DNA of 64,000 bases from Chloroflexota bacterium (GTDB taxonomy: Bacteria; Chloroflexota; UBA11872; VXOZ01). Position 1 is the first letter of the stretch; each line of letters begins with the position of its first letter. The DNA is taken from contig OZ244922.1 in NCBI GenBank assembly GCA_965221905.1, positions 1,472,001 to 1,536,000 of the forward strand. The letters run 5' to 3'. Positions 1-8,630 of this stretch are shown piece after piece. Under the pieces are notes generated by a model. That model did not search any database, was not told the DNA's origin, and saw only the letters and a program-made list of their open reading frames with translations. The translations under genes were made by a program, and so were the position numbers.

Positions 1-360
1 ATCGCAAAGGCGCGCGATGAACTTCACGGCGAAATCCTGGATAGAATTGGCGCCGATAAGGTAGTTTACCCAGAACGTGAAGCCGGCATGCGCATTTCGC
101 ATACGTTCATTTCACGCGACATTCTGGACTACGTGGAAGTGGTTCCAGGCTACGGCGTTAGCAAGATTCGGGTACCCGATCGTTTTGTGGGGCGGTCTTT
201 GCAGGTGTTGGGTTTTGGGGAAGAGAGTGGGCTACAAGTATTGATGATTGGGCGCAACAAAAGCGTCGTGTTCGATCCGAGTCCTAGCGAGCGCATACAG
301 GGCGGCGATGTCCTAATGTTGGTGGGCGAAGACCACTACTTGAGCGAAATGGAACTGTGA
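1..360 (+). CDS. trkA: TrkA/KtrA family potassium uptake regulatory subunit, 5'-truncated by the window edge
   Basis: Frame is open from base 1: IAKARDELHGEILDRIGADKVVYPEREAG...; this is the RCK-N end motif (GADxVVxPE) followed by a TrkA-C domain. Confidence 0.85.
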   Translation: MAKARDELHGEILDRIGADKVVYPEREAGMRISHTFISRDILDYVEVVPGYGVSKIRVPDRFVGRSLQVLGFGEESGLQVLMIGRNKSVVFDPSPSERIQGGDVLMLVGEDHYLSEMEL

Positions 361-519
361 GGCCGGTTCTATCGCTGCAAGTAGAGTTTCTGCGAGTTGC
401 CGGGACAGTGCAGGAAACCTTCCGATAGGAGCACGCAATTGACCCCGCGAAATGGTCAATGTTCCTCTTCTTCACTCGGTCGATAGCAATGAATTCAGCA
501 ACAAAATGACAGTCAGTGC

Positions 520-548
520 TTGACAGCGTTGACACGGTGAGGTTTAAT
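520..548 (+). promoter_or_regulatory. Sigma70-type promoter TTGACA-N17-TTTAAT
   Basis: Consensus -35 at 520-525, a 17-nt spacer, and near-consensus -10 at 543-548. Extra TGACA repeats and a TGACAGTCA palindrome (507-515) lie adjacent. Confidence 0.65.
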
Positions 549-602
549 TGAACTTAGGAGGGCGGGGGCCCTCGAAGCGGCACGAAAGGAGGGAGGTGGG
601 CC

Positions 603-689
603 ATGAAGAGTATGCGCTTACCGCTTGATAATCCGCGAGTGCTGTATTGTGTTTGGCAAGTGGACAGGTATGCCCCCATCCGCGCATAG
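603..689 (+). CDS. Small 28-aa peptide MKSMRLPLDNPRVLYCVWQVDRYAPIRA (below the ORF track cutoff), function unknown
   Basis: Very strong RBS AAAGGAGGGAGGT 5 nt before the ATG; downstream of the promoter at 520-548. Confidence 0.55.
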   Translation: MKSMRLPLDNPRVLYCVWQVDRYAPIRA

Positions 690-843
690 TACATGGAATA
701 GAAATGCGGGTGGGGGCTATAGACAGGGTGTCGGGTTTCGCCCGTTAGTGCGTAGTCTCGAATAGGAGCTACTGCAACCTAGTCGAACTAGAGCCAGTGC
801 TCAAGGTTAGGGCGATACTTGGTGCGAAACTACGGCCCGACCC
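672..843 (+). ncRNA. Candidate structured RNA, family not recognised
   Basis: 12-bp stem 672-683/706-717. Multibranched domain 726-843 closed by GGG(TG)TCGGG/CCCGACCC, with inner stems TCGCCC/GGGCGA, AACCT/AGGTT, CTAGT/ACTAG and GAGC/GCTC. Confidence 0.45.
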
Positions 844-855
844 AAGATTGGGATT

Positions 856-888
856 AAAGCGCACCTCGGCTTTGCCGGGGTGCGCTTT
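856..888 (+). terminator. Intrinsic terminator-like hairpin
   Basis: AAAGCGCACCTCGGC-TTT-GCCGGGGTGCGCTTT, a near-perfect inverted repeat with only a short T tract. Confidence 0.65.
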
Positions 889-1045
889 AGGTTGCTTGGA
901 GGGCGTCCACGCGGACGATAGCGGGTTCGCACAGGGAGTAATACCGCCGTCTTAATGGATAGTGGGCTAGAATGAAGGGGCAAGCCGTGAATGCGGTACC
1001 AACTTTCGTGCCCGGAGGCGCAACAAGACTAATCTGGAGCAAGGT

Positions 1046-1378
1046 ATGAAGGATATGCGCGCGCGTACGCCGGCGGTGATTTCCCGTGGCGAGGATAGCC
1101 GCGAGCTCGTTGTCGAATGGCGTGACGGACACACCAGCCGCTATTACTGGGACGACCTACGCCGCTCGTGTCCGTGTGCCCTCTGCGCCGGAGAAATGGG
1201 CACTCCCGGCTCAATGCATGCCGGCGTGATTCTGACGGCAGCTCAGACGTATCTGGAGTCTATCGAACTGGTTGGAAGTTATGCGGTCCGCATGCATTGG
1301 GAAGATGGACACAATACGGGAATTTACACGTTTGACGGCCTCCGCGAAGGTTGCCCGTGCTGTGCGGAATCGAAGTAA
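1046..1378 (+). CDS. DUF971 / GBBH-like N-terminal domain protein
   Basis: Signature motifs WxDGH..LRxxCPCAxC and VGxYA..WxDGHxTGIY. Confidence 0.85.
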   Translation: MKDMRARTPAVISRGEDSRELVVEWRDGHTSRYYWDDLRRSCPCALCAGEMGTPGSMHAGVILTAAQTYLESIELVGSYAVRMHWEDGHNTGIYTFDGLREGCPCCAESK

Positions 1379-1478
1379 CGCGGGCCAAGCCGGTGGTGTT
1401 AGCCGGAATTGGGGTTGCGCTTGCGCCGATGTATTGACCGAAGGCGCCGACTTTGAGGACGCCCAATGCCCAAAGCGA

Positions 1479-2180
1479 CTACGGGTTGAGGTAGATAGCT
1501 GCGCTTGGGCAGAGGTCTTGCAGAGGGCATTCGCTACAGGCCGGCTTGCGGGCGGTGCAAAGAGCCCGACCGTGATGGATCAAAAGGTGCCCTATGTCGA
1601 TCCAATCTGCTTGAGGCACGACTTGCATGAGGTCGCGCTCTATCTTGGTGGGGTCCTTCTCGCGGGTTAGCTTCATACGCTGCGAGAGCCGCGATACGTG
1701 CGTATCGACCACAACCCCGTCGGCAACCTGAAATGCCACTCCAAGCACCACGTTTGCGGTCTTCCGCGCCACACCGGGCAATTCGAGCAGCTCGGCCATC
1801 GTCTTGGGCACCGCGCCGCCAAATTTCTCCAGCATGACGTGTGCCGCACCCTGGATGTTCTTGGCTTTGTTGCGGAAGAAGCCGGTAGACCTAATCTCAG
1901 TTTCCAGGTCTTCCCTTGACGCCGCCGCGAAGGCTTCCACTGAGGGAAAGCGCGCGAACAGCGCCGGCGTTACCATGTTCACCCGCTTATCCGTGCACTG
2001 TGCGGAGAGAATTGTGGATACGAGAAGCTCCCACGCATTGCGATACAACAGGGCGCACTCGGCATCGGGATAGGTGGTACGGAGGAGAGCGATGATCTGC
2101 TCCACGCGAGCGCGCAGAGCGCGTTTCGACTCTCGGCCTCTTTTGCTCTTGGATGGACTCGCGGACTTCTGAGCGGTCAT
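1479..2180 (-). CDS. nth: Endonuclease III
   Basis: LSAQCTD, HhH LPGVARKTANV, VDTHV, and a C-terminal CxxxxxxCxxCxxxxxC 4Fe-4S motif. ATG at 2180 chosen as start. Confidence 0.95.
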   Translation of the reverse strand: MTAQKSASPSKSKRGRESKRALRARVEQIIALLRTTYPDAECALLYRNAWELLVSTILSAQCTDKRVNMVTPALFARFPSVEAFAAASREDLETEIRSTGFFRNKAKNIQGAAHVMLEKFGGAVPKTMAELLELPGVARKTANVVLGVAFQVADGVVVDTHVSRLSQRMKLTREKDPTKIERDLMQVVPQADWIDIGHLLIHHGRALCTARKPACSECPLQDLCPSAAIYLNP

Positions 2181-2199
2181 GAAAACTAGAGACCGTGGG

Positions 2200-2508
2200 C
2201 TATGACGATTGATCGGCGCCGACCAAATCCCCGCGTCCGCGCAAACTCTCAAGGTTTTGCGTATGCACGTGATTTCCCGGCGCTATGTCTTGCGTCGCGG
2301 CCCCAATGGACTCGCCGTACTTTATCACGTGCTCGCCATTCCCAATGGCCCTTACCGCGACCTTGTGACCAAAGGGAATGTCGTCCAGGATGGTAAGCTC
2401 CTGTGACCCATCGGGCCCCGTAAAGGAAACCTTGGCGCCCGGCGTAAGGTCCGCGAGCGCAATAGCGGTATTGTCTTTGTCATCGATGATGTGGAGCACT
2501 TGCTTCAT
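2200..2508 (-). CDS. SAF-domain protein (UxaA/altronate dehydratase small-subunit-like)
   Basis: DNxAxAL..IPFGHKVA..GExVIKYGExIG..GxHVHxxN motifs. Confidence 0.85.
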   Translation of the reverse strand: MKQVLHIIDDKDNTAIALADLTPGAKVSFTGPDGSQELTILDDIPFGHKVAVRAIGNGEHVIKYGESIGAATQDIAPGNHVHTQNLESLRGRGDLVGADQSS

Positions 2509-3144
2509 GTGCACTTATCCTCGGGGTAATAGGCGTGTGCCTCGTTAGCGTCACCAAAAGCCCTGCAGAGCGGCTGGCCGCACGGTTGGTATCAGCATAC
2601 AGTAACAAGAATGCGTTTGCTACTGATGCTTCATGACTCCAATCCATACTCCATGTAATGGAACCCGCTTCTATTGCGCCCATGTCATTTCGCTTGATGG
2701 CGGAGGCAGGGATAGGTTTGACCGGCTTCGGGGCGTGTGATTTAATCAACGGGCACCTTACAATGGGTAGAGTGAACGCTTTTGGTTGAATTTGCGTTCT
2801 TGTGTGGGCGGTAGAGCGCGAGATTCTCTTCGAAAATCGACCTGCTAGAATGGCAAAGCGGATGAGTTCCATAAGCAAAACCCAACGCAAGGCTCGAATT
2901 CTGTTTCAGCGGCAGCCGACGCTCATTGGAATCCATTGAGTAGTGTATTCCCGGTAGGTATGTCCGCTTAGCTTCGTGCGATCTCAATTGTCCTTTCGCT
3001 GTCTTGTTGGAACTCACGTAGAGAATTGCATGGTGGTCGCACAACACCGGTCAGACTAGAGAGCCTTGCTTTGATTGTAGAGGTTCACATTCCGCTGTGA
3101 CCTTAGTCCTTGGACGGACAGATAAGACGAAAGAGTTGAAGAAC

Positions 3145-4243
3145 ATGATTGAAGAACGAATAATTGCTTTGAGCGCACGCGCCGCAGAACTTCGGAGGCG
3201 CCTTTGACCTCGCTGCATGGGAAGTGGAAATTGCCGACCTGGAGGGAAAGTCCCTCGATCCCGAACTATGGGATAAGCCGGAGGCTGCGCAGCAGGTAAT
3301 GCAGCAGCTTGCCGCGGTGCGTCGCCTGTTTGATGATTGGGACGGCTTCTTTCAGGAAGTTGAAGGGCTGGAGGAGTTTGCCGCGCTGGATGACCCTGCG
3401 CTCGAATTAGAGCTCGATGCCGAGGTGAGCCGTCTGGAAGCGGATGGCGAGAAGCGCGAGATCCAGACGCTCTTTCATGGTCCCTATGACAAGCGCGAGG
3501 CTTTACTTTCCCTCCATGCGGGCGCGGGCGGCACCGATTCGCAGGACTGGGTTGAGATGCTCCTCCGTATGTATATCCGCTGGGCGGAGACACACGGATT
3601 CAAGCCGGAGATTTTGGATAGCACGCCTGGTGAAGAGGCCGGCATCAAGAGCGTCACACTGCAGATCAGTGGCCTTCATGCGTATGGGAGGCTCAGGTCG
3701 GAACACGGCGTGCACCGCCTCGTGCGGCTTTCACCATTCGATGCTAATCACCGCCGCCACACTTCTTTTGCTCTCGTAGAGGCGCTTCCCGTAATCGATG
3801 ATGACGTCACGGTTAAGATCAGGCCCGATGACGTGCGGCTCGACACGTTTCGTGCCAGTGGAGCGGGTGGGCAGCACGTGAACAAGACCAGTTCCGCAGT
3901 GCGAATCACCCACGTTCCATCGGGAATCGTGATAACGTGCCAGAATGAACGCTCGCAACTCCAAAACCGCGAAGCAGCAATGCGGATCTTGCGCGCGCGC
4001 CTCCTAGAGCGCAAGCTGCAGCGGCAGCGGGAAGAACAGGCGGCGCTCAAGGGCGAACATACCAGCGCAGAATGGGGCAACCAAATTCGCTCTTACGTAT
4101 TGCACCCGTACACGATGGTGAAGGACCTCCGCACCGGCGTTGAAACCGGCAATACGCGAGCAGTGTTGGATGGCGAAATCGATGCCTTTGCGGAGGCATA
4201 CCTGAAACTAGAGGCTGAAAACCGCAGGCATGACCTTGCTTGA
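3145..4243 (+). CDS. prfB: Peptide chain release factor 2, translated via a programmed +1 frameshift
   Basis: A short frame MIEERIIALSARAAELRRRL ends in GGAGG-CGC-CTT-TGA-C (CTT TGA at 3202-3207). The +1 frame continues into the ORF with SPF and GGQ motifs. Confidence 0.96.
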
Positions 4244-4381
4244 AAAGTGTAGAAACCTAAGAGCCGCATGTTTGGCCCCAATCTCATTTATGCGGTCCTG
4301 CGGCTCGGCCTGGGTTACGCCGTCGCATCTTGTCTGGGCGAAATGCCGTGCAGCGCAGACTTCATTGAGGGATATCGCAGA

Positions 4382-5053
4382 GTGATTCCAGTAGTGTGCA
4401 TTGTTGGAAAGCATAATTCGGGCAAGACGACTCTTCTTGAGAAGCTCATCCCTTGCCTGCAGCAGCGTGGACGGCGGATTGCGGTCATAAAGCACGCCGC
4501 GCATGGCTTTTCACTGGACCGAGAGGGCAGCGACTCCTGGCGTCTCGCCCAGACAGGGGCCGACGCAGTGGTACTCAGCGGTCCAGGGAATGCAGTCACA
4601 TATTGCCGTCTGCCCGATGATGCTTCACTACCACAAGTCCTCGGGCAGCTGCCGGTGATGGGGTTTGATCTTGTGCTGGTGGAAGGCTATAAGGGCTCGG
4701 ACTACCCCAAGATCGAGGTACACCGTACCGCACTAGGACCGGACTTACTGCTAGCGGAAGAACAGCTTACAGCAGTCGTGACCGATAGCAATGCGGCATT
4801 CTCGATACCTACTTGCCGCTCTGACGACCCGCAGGGGTTGGCGGCATTCCTGGACGAGCGCTATGGGCGTCCCAACGCGGAGCGAGATGCGATCCGAGTC
4901 ACGATAGATGGTGAGGAGGTCCCAATTAATGCCTTCGCCAGCGCCGTAATTTCGGGCGGCATTCTGGGAATGCTGTCCGCACTCAAAGGAGTCAAGGAGC
5001 CGGGCGCCGTTCGCATCGAGTTGCGCCGTGGACGCGAGCGAGATGGCGCGTAG
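4382..5053 (+). CDS. mobB: Molybdopterin-guanine dinucleotide biosynthesis protein MobB with a C-terminal extension
   Basis: GKHNSGKTT P-loop, IKH..F..D..G.DS, DLVLVEGYK, PKIEV. GTG at 4382 chosen as start. Confidence 0.9.
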   Translation: MIPVVCIVGKHNSGKTTLLEKLIPCLQQRGRRIAVIKHAAHGFSLDREGSDSWRLAQTGADAVVLSGPGNAVTYCRLPDDASLPQVLGQLPVMGFDLVLVEGYKGSDYPKIEVHRTALGPDLLLAEEQLTAVVTDSNAAFSIPTCRSDDPQGLAAFLDERYGRPNAERDAIRVTIDGEEVPINAFASAVISGGILGMLSALKGVKEPGAVRIELRRGRERDGA

Positions 5054-5135
5054 CATTGCATCGTCAAGCGAACCCAACCCGTCATGACGGTGTCTAAGCA
5101 TTTGCAGGCACATTCAGCAGTAGCTGCCAGGCATG

Positions 5136-5174
5136 AAAGAGCGGAGGCGCGATCTTGTGGATCCGCCTCCGCTT
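5136..5174. terminator. Hairpin between convergent mobB and leuA
   Basis: GAGCGGAGGCGCGATC-TTGT-GGATCCGCCTCCGCTT inverted repeat. Confidence 0.55.
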
Positions 5175-5215
5175 CGATTGCAGAGCCTTGTCACGCTTTC
5201 GATGCCTGGCCCGAT

Positions 5216-6793
5216 CTAGGAAGCGCTCTCTTTCTCCGATGCCGCGACCGCCACCGGCGCTCTGTTTTCCTGCGATTCAGCGCTGTTTTGCGCAGAAATG
5301 TGCTTGTTGAGAGCGTTCATATAGGCTTTCGCGCTGGCGACGATGATGTCTGTATCTGCGCCGTAGCCGGTCACGGAAACACCGTCGCTCTCAAGGCGAA
5401 TGCTCACTTCTCCCTGCGCGTCGATGCCTTCAGTAATGGCTTGGACGCGAAACTCGGTGAGTTCTGCGGGTACGTTGACAAGGCGGTTGATGGCTTTGCA
5501 AACAGCATCCACCGGCCCGTCCCCCAGTGCCGCGTCTTCCAAGACCCGGCCTTCTTCATCGATGATGCGCACGGTAGCCGTGGGGATGCTATTATCGCCG
5601 CAACTTACCTGGATTTGGTCGAGATGAAAGTATTCTTTGGCATGCAAGACATCACTTGAAAGCAGCGCCTCGATGTCTCGCGCCGTGACGTTGCGCCGCT
5701 TGTCGGCTAAGTCCTTGAAGCCGTCAAAGGCCTCCTGAAACTCCTCCTCATTCAGGTGATAGCCCATCTTTGCAAGCTGGTCGCGGAAGGCATGCCGGCC
5801 GCTGGTCTTGCCAAGGACGATGCGGCTGCCATGCATGCCCACGCTCTGGGGCGTCATGATCTCATACGTTTGTCGATCTTTCAGCATGCCGTCCTGATGC
5901 AGACCGGAGGAATGCGCAAAGGCGTTTGCGCCCACCACAGCCTTGTTCGGCTGTACCGGCATATTCATGAGTTCGCTCACCATCCGGCTCGTACGGTAGA
6001 TTTCCTCGGTATTGATGCCATGCGATACTTTGAAGAAGTCTTTCCGCACGGTGGTGTTCATCACCACCTCTTCCAACGAGGCATTCCCAGCGCGCTCGCC
6101 GACGCCATTTATCGTGCACTCTATCTGGTCCACGCCATTCAAGATGGCGATCAATGAGTTGGCGTTGGCTTGGCCGAGATCGTTGTGACAGTGTACGGAG
6201 AGCGTGATGTTTTCGATACCGGGCGTGTTGGCGCGTAGGTACTGCAGGAGCTCAGCAAACTCATCCGGTTGCGTATAACCCATCGTGTCAGGGACATTGA
6301 TGACCTTGGCGCCGGCCTGAATCGCATCTTCAATGAGCTGACAAAGAAAGTCCCAATCGCTACGCGTGGCGTCCATCGCAGAGAACTCGACATTGGAACA
6401 ATAACCCACGGCTTGCTGGACGCACGCGACCGCCGCCTCTCGGACTTCCTGGCGCGTCATGCGCAGTTGACGCTCCAGGTGAATATCGCTGGACGAGATG
6501 AAGACGTGGATGCGCGGCGCTTCACCCTCCTTGATTGCGCCCCAGGCGGCCTCAACCTGGTCCGGTTTGAAACCGGAAAGCGCGCAAATCTGCACGTCCC
6601 GCAGTTTCTCTGCCAAGAGTTGCACTGCCCTGAAGTCGCCGGGGGAGGTGCGGGGGAAGCCGGCCTCGAGAATGTCGACACCGAGGCGTTCCAGTTGCTG
6701 ACCCAGATATAGTTTCTCTTCTACCGTCAAAGACCCGCCCGCTGCTTGTTCACCATCGCGCAGCGTGGTATCGAAGATTTGTAACGTTCGCAT
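5216..6793 (-). CDS. leuA: 2-isopropylmalate synthase
   Basis: DTTLRDGEQ, HCHNDLG, GERAGN, and a C-terminal regulatory domain (GxGPVDA). Confidence 0.95.
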   Translation of the reverse strand: MRTLQIFDTTLRDGEQAAGGSLTVEEKLYLGQQLERLGVDILEAGFPRTSPGDFRAVQLLAEKLRDVQICALSGFKPDQVEAAWGAIKEGEAPRIHVFISSSDIHLERQLRMTRQEVREAAVACVQQAVGYCSNVEFSAMDATRSDWDFLCQLIEDAIQAGAKVINVPDTMGYTQPDEFAELLQYLRANTPGIENITLSVHCHNDLGQANANSLIAILNGVDQIECTINGVGERAGNASLEEVVMNTTVRKDFFKVSHGINTEEIYRTSRMVSELMNMPVQPNKAVVGANAFAHSSGLHQDGMLKDRQTYEIMTPQSVGMHGSRIVLGKTSGRHAFRDQLAKMGYHLNEEEFQEAFDGFKDLADKRRNVTARDIEALLSSDVLHAKEYFHLDQIQVSCGDNSIPTATVRIIDEEGRVLEDAALGDGPVDAVCKAINRLVNVPAELTEFRVQAITEGIDAQGEVSIRLESDGVSVTGYGADTDIIVASAKAYMNALNKHISAQNSAESQENRAPVAVAASEKESAS

Positions 6794-7017
6794 GCTGGAT
6801 TAAGTCCTCTATCTAAAGTAAACACACAGTGTGCTAATTGCACGTCAATTCGCAGAAACTTCAGTCGTGGCAAGTGTGCAGGCCCGCCAGCATACCAGGG
6901 CAGCTATGCCATGGCACCGGTTGGGCCTGAGACCACTCTCCTCATTGACTACAAATTGCGGATGTGTGAGATATGGATACCGCAGTATCCCCATCTTTTG
7001 TATTCCCTCAAGGGTGT

Positions 7018-8013
7018 TTACTTGGGATCGAGCCATGGCATCATGGCGCGCAGGTTCTTGCCGACGGTTTCGATCTGGTGTGTCTTGTCCATTTCGCGGT
7101 AAGCGTTGAACGCCGGTCGGCCGGCCATGTTCTCCAATATCCACTCACGTGCAAACTCGCCGTTCTGAATTTCGCGCAGGATTTCTTGCATTGACTCGCG
7201 CACGTGGTCGTCCACCACACGCGGGCCGCGACTATAGTCCCCGAACTCGGCCGTTTCGCTCACAGAGTAGCGCATGTAATTGAGGCCGCCTTGGTAGAAC
7301 AGGTCCACGATGAGCTTGAGTTCGTGCATACATTCAAAGTACGCGACTTCCGGCTGGTAACCGGCATCGACCAGGATTTCAAAGGCTGCCTTCACCAGCG
7401 CGCTCACACCGCCGCAGAGGACGGTCTGCTCGCCGAAGAGATCGGTTTCCGTCTCTTCCTTGAACGTTGTGTTCAGCACACCGGCACGGGTGCAGCCAAT
7501 GCCGCGGGCATAGGCCAGCGTTAGTTCGCGGGCGTTGCCGCTGGCGTCCTGCTGGATAGCAAGCAATCCAGGCACGCCGTTGCCTTCTTCGAAGGTCGCG
7601 CGCATGCGATGACCCGGGGCTTTTGGCGCGACCATGCTCACGTCTACAATCGCAGGCGGAACTATCTGCTGGAAGTGAATATTGAAACCATGAGCGAAGA
7701 GCAGCATTTGTCCGGCGCGCAAGTGAGGCGCGATAGATTCCTGGTAGAGGCTCGGCTGGACCGTGTCCGGCGTGAGCATCATGATAAGGTCTGCCTGCTG
7801 TGCCACCGCGTCCACGGCGTCAACGCGTAGACCGTCGCTCTCTACTTTCGACCAAGAGCGGCTGCCCTCGTAGAGCCCTACCATCACCGAGCAGCCGCTG
7901 TCGCGCAGGTTCAGCGCGTGCGCGTGCCCCTGGCTGCCGTACCCAATGATGCCAATCGTCTTATCATTGAGCAGATCAATATTGGCGTCTTCGTCGTAGT
8001 AGACCTGAACCAC
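7018..8013 (-). CDS. ilvC: Ketol-acid reductoisomerase
   Basis: [23 protein letters not shown], [14 protein letters not shown]. Confidence 0.97.
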   Translation of the reverse strand: MVQVYYDEDANIDLLNDKTIGIIGYGSQGHAHALNLRDSGCSVMVGLYEGSRSWSKVESDGLRVDAVDAVAQQADLIMMLTPDTVQPSLYQESIAPHLRAGQMLLFAHGFNIHFQQIVPPAIVDVSMVAPKAPGHRMRATFEEGNGVPGLLAIQQDASGNARELTLAYARGIGCTRAGVLNTTFKEETETDLFGEQTVLCGGVSALVKAAFEILVDAGYQPEVAYFECMHELKLIVDLFYQGGLNYMRYSVSETAEFGDYSRGPRVVDDHVRESMQEILREIQNGEFAREWILENMAGRPAFNAYREMDKTHQIETVGKNLRAMMPWLDPK

Positions 8014-8108
8014 TGTACCCTCTCTTCACTCTGATTTGGTTTCTATTCCATGCATGTGCGAGCCGCCTCTTCAGCTATAGAGCGGTCTCGCCCGTGCGCG
8101 CAAACAGG

Positions 8109-8630
8109 TTAAGCCGCCGGCCCTTCTTCCGCCACGACCGTGGGCGTTGGCATAGCACGACCCCGCACCATGGCGACCTCGCCGCTGCGGCTCAACTCCA
8201 AGATTCCATAGGGACGAATAATTTCAACGAACGAGTCGATCTTATCTTCGTCACCCGTCACTTCAAGAATAATGCTGCCCGGCGACACATCCACCACTTG
8301 GGCACGGTAGACATTGGCGAGCTGCAAAATCTCCGAGCGCTTCATCTCCGGCGCGGCCACTTTGGCAAGGACCAACTCGCGCGATACGTGGCGTTGCTCG
8401 GTGACGTCGGTAACTGAAATCACCTCGATCAGCTTATCCAACTGCTTTGCTACCTGTATTGCATCCTTGTGTTCTTCCGCCACGACAATTGTCATGCGAG
8501 AAATACCTGGCCGGTGCGAGTGACCGACGGAGAGACTCTCGATGTTATATGCGCGTTTGCGAAAGAGGCTGGCTATGCGGTTCAGGACACCGGGATGGTC
8601 CTCTACCTCTGTTATCAGGACGTGTCTCAT
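8109..8630 (-). CDS. ilvN: Acetolactate synthase regulatory (small) subunit
   Basis: ACT domain PGVLNRIASLF..YNIESL; ATGA overlap with ilvB. Confidence 0.95.
   Translation of the reverse strand: MRHVLITEVEDHPGVLNRIASLFRKRAYNIESLSVGHSHRPGISRMTIVVAEEHKDAIQVAKQLDKLIEVISVTDVTEQRHVSRELVLAKVAAPEMKRSEILQLANVYRAQVVDVSPGSIILEVTGDEDKIDSFVEIIRPYGILELSRSGEVAMVRGRAMPTPTVVAEEGPAA

Noticed and set aside
726-843. Hammerhead ribozyme or SAM-I/c-di-AMP/M-box riboswitch
   Set aside because: GUC and GAAAC are present but the CUGAUGA core is missing; the riboswitch consensus cores do not match.
555-945. tmRNA, suggested by the length and a tag-like ..RYAPIRA* with the stop inside a hairpin
   Set aside because: No tRNA-Ala-like 5' end, T-arm or CCA end is visible, and the ORF has its own RBS and ATG.
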